In this document: positions 22,540 through 24,000 of the stretch, one piece after another | How the letters are laid out: every line of letters starts with the position of its first letter | Numbering within the stretch: position 1 is the first letter of the stretch | Source: Aestuariivirga sp. | Lineage (GTDB): Bacteria; Pseudomonadota; Alphaproteobacteria; Rhizobiales; Aestuariivirgaceae | Direction: 5' to 3' | Length of the DNA stretch: 24,000 nucleotides | Assembly (NCBI RefSeq): GCF_046294715.1 | Contig: NZ_JBKBKI010000001.1 | Coordinates: 330,116 to 354,115, forward strand | Position numbers and translations under genes: made by a program | The notes under the pieces: model-generated | Database searches by the model: none | Told to the model about the DNA's origin: nothing | The model's input: the letters and a program-made list of their open reading frames with translations, nothing else

Positions 22540-24000
22540 TCAGGAAAACCGGTAGTCCTTGAAGCGCTCGCGCAGCTCCATCTTGGAAATCTTGCCGGTG
22601 GCGGTGTGCGGAATCTCCGCCACGAAGGCGACGTCATCCGGCATCCACCACTTCGCCACCTTGCCCTCGAGATGCGTCAGGATCTCCTCGCGCGTCACGG
22701 CGGAGCCCTCCTTGCGCACGATGACGAGGAGCGGCCGTTCGTCCCACTTGGGATGCGGAAGGCCGATTGCCGCGGCCTCGGCCACGCCCGCACAGCCCAG
22801 TGCGGCATTCTCGAGGGCGATCGAGGAGATCCATTCCCCGCCCGACTTGATCACATCCTTCGAGCGGTCGGTGATGTGCATGTAGCCATATTCATCGATG
22901 GTCGCGACATCGCCCGTGTCGAACCAGCCTTCGGCGTCGAATGCGGAAAGCCCCTCGCCCTTGTAATAGCTCTTCGCCACGCCTGGGCCCTTCACCTTGA
23001 GCCGGCCGAAGGTCTTGCCGTCGTGCGGCAGCGTGTTGCCCTCGTCGTCGGTGATCTTCATGTCCACCATGAACGGCGGCCGGCCCTGCTTCAGCTTGAG
23101 CCGCCACCAGGCCTCCGGCGGAAGCTGCGCCGCGCGTCCCGACTGCACGCCGAGCGAGCCGATGGGGCTCATCTCCGTCATGCCCCAGGCGTGGATCACG
23201 TCGCTCTCGTAGTTCTCGACGAAGGCCCTCATGATCGATTCGGGGCAGGCCGAGCCGCCGATCACCACGCGCTCCAGATGCGGCAGCCTCAGCGCCGGGT
23301 TCTGCTCGAGATATTGCAGCAGCATGAGCCACACCGTGGGCACTGCCGCGGTGATGCTGACGCGGCCCACCTCCAGCATCTCGTAGAGAGACTTGCCGTC
23401 GAGCTTCGGCCCGGGCATCACGAGGGCGGCCCCCGAGAGCGGTGCGGAGAAGGCGATGGACCACGCATTGGCGTGGAACATGGGCACAACCGGCATGGCC
23501 ACATCGCGGCTCGAGAGCGCCATGGCATCGCCCAGCGCGCACATCAGCCCGTGCAGCACGTTGGAGCGGTGGGAGTAGAGAACACCCTTGGGATTGCCCG
23601 TCGTGCCGCTAGTGTAGCAGAGGCCGCAGGCGGTGTTCTCGTCGAACTCCGGCCAGGTGAAGCCCTCGTCGCCCTCGGCGATCAGGCTCTCGTAGCACAC
23701 GGGGTTCCTGAGGCTCGTCGAGGCCGGCATATGGGCCTCGTCGGTCATGATGACGAAGCCCTTGACGCGCGGCAGCTTCTCCTGCAGCGCCTCGAACAGC
23801 GGCACGAAGCTGAGGTCGATGAAGATCCACTGGTCATCGGCGTGGTTGACGATGTAGGCGAGCTGCTCGGTGAAGAGCCTGGGGTTCAGCGTGTGGACGA
23901 TGGCGCCGAGCCCCATGAGGCCATACCAGATCTCGAGGTGCCGCCAGCTGTTCCATGCCATGGTGGCGATGACCGAGCCCATTCGGAGGCCCAGCCGCCG
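22540..24000 (-). CDS. AMP-dependent acyl-CoA synthetase/ligase (fatty-acid-CoA ligase-like), N-terminus beyond the right window edge
   Basis: [16 protein letters not shown] (AMP-binding motif), [12 protein letters not shown] and SGGEWIS blocks. The frame stays open to nt 24000, so the Met at 23982 is probably internal. Confidence 0.9.
   Translation of the reverse strand, partial: RRLGLRMGSVIATMAWNSWRHLEIWYGLMGLGAIVHTLNPRLFTEQLAYIVNHADDQWIFIDLSFVPLFEALQEKLPRVKGFVIMTDEAHMPASTSLRNPVCYESLIAEGDEGFTWPEFDENTACGLCYTSGTTGNPKGVLYSHRSNVLHGLMCALGDAMALSSRDVAMPVVPMFHANAWSIAFSAPLSGAALVMPGPKLDGKSLYEMLEVGRVSITAAVPTVWLMLLQYLEQNPALRLPHLERVVIGGSACPESIMRAFVENYESDVIHAWGMTEMSPIGSLGVQSGRAAQLPPEAWWRLKLKQGRPPFMVDMKITDDEGNTLPHDGKTFGRLKVKGPGVAKSYYKGEGLSAFDAEGWFDTGDVATIDEYGYMHITDRSKDVIKSGGEWISSIALENAALGCAGVAEAAAIGLPHPKWDERPLLVIVRKEGSAVTREEILTHLEGKVAKWWMPDDVAFVAEIPHTATGKISKMELRERFKDYRFS

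Noticed and set aside
18360-23542. Many long antisense or alternative-frame ORFs in the GC-rich core (e.g. 18360-18938 +, 18466-18924 -, 18927-19511 -, 19859-20575 -, 20591-21532 -, 21844-22368 +, 22892-23542 -)
   Set aside because: All overlap genes with clear family motifs on the other strand or frame. All have Arg/Gly/Pro/Ala-dominated low-complexity translations, which is the expected stop-codon-poor artefact of ~68% GC DNA.
1-24000. CRISPR arrays, rRNA, IS/transposase genes, retron-like or long tandem repeats
   Set aside because: Reading the non-coding gaps (5391-5660, 10734-11123, 14779-15248, 17815-18064) showed no regularly spaced direct repeats. There were no terminal inverted repeats flanking a transposase, and no reverse-transcriptase or Cas-like ORFs.

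Overview
This window holds the right-hand ~18 kb of a lower-GC accessory island and ~5.7 kb of very GC-rich core genes. The island is packed with immunity and mobility genes and ends at a divergent tRNA-Gln(UUG)/tRNA-Pro(CGG) pair (18065-18297). The core genes are bioY, an MBL-fold hydrolase, an IlvD/Edd-family dehydratase, a HIBADH-family dehydrogenase and a partial acyl-CoA synthetase. The host is probably an alphaproteobacterium; that guess rests only on GC content and gene content.

Island contents from left to right:
1. A translationally coupled Z1-domain / PD-(D/E)XK (DUF4420-like) / AIPR operon. It is cut by the left window edge, and its expected partner genes lie off-window.
2. A convergent HNH nuclease gene broken by a frameshift.
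3. One coupled operon encoding an HTH-fused Dcm-like C5-methyltransferase, Vsr and an EcoRII-family endonuclease.
4. An XRE-HTH/ImmA-IrrE metallopeptidase overlapping a DUF4411 (PIN-like) gene.
5. An AT-rich gap, then a deletion-fused remnant of an OLD/ABC-type ATPase and an Mrr-like nuclease.
6. Two diverged tandem copies of a DUF3489 / DUF2924 / large serine recombinase module. The distal copy has a decayed recombinase. Each copy is preceded by a leader with conserved and covarying hairpins.

No CRISPR array, rRNA or IS transposase was seen. All family assignments come from motif recognition by eye. No searches or alignments were run.
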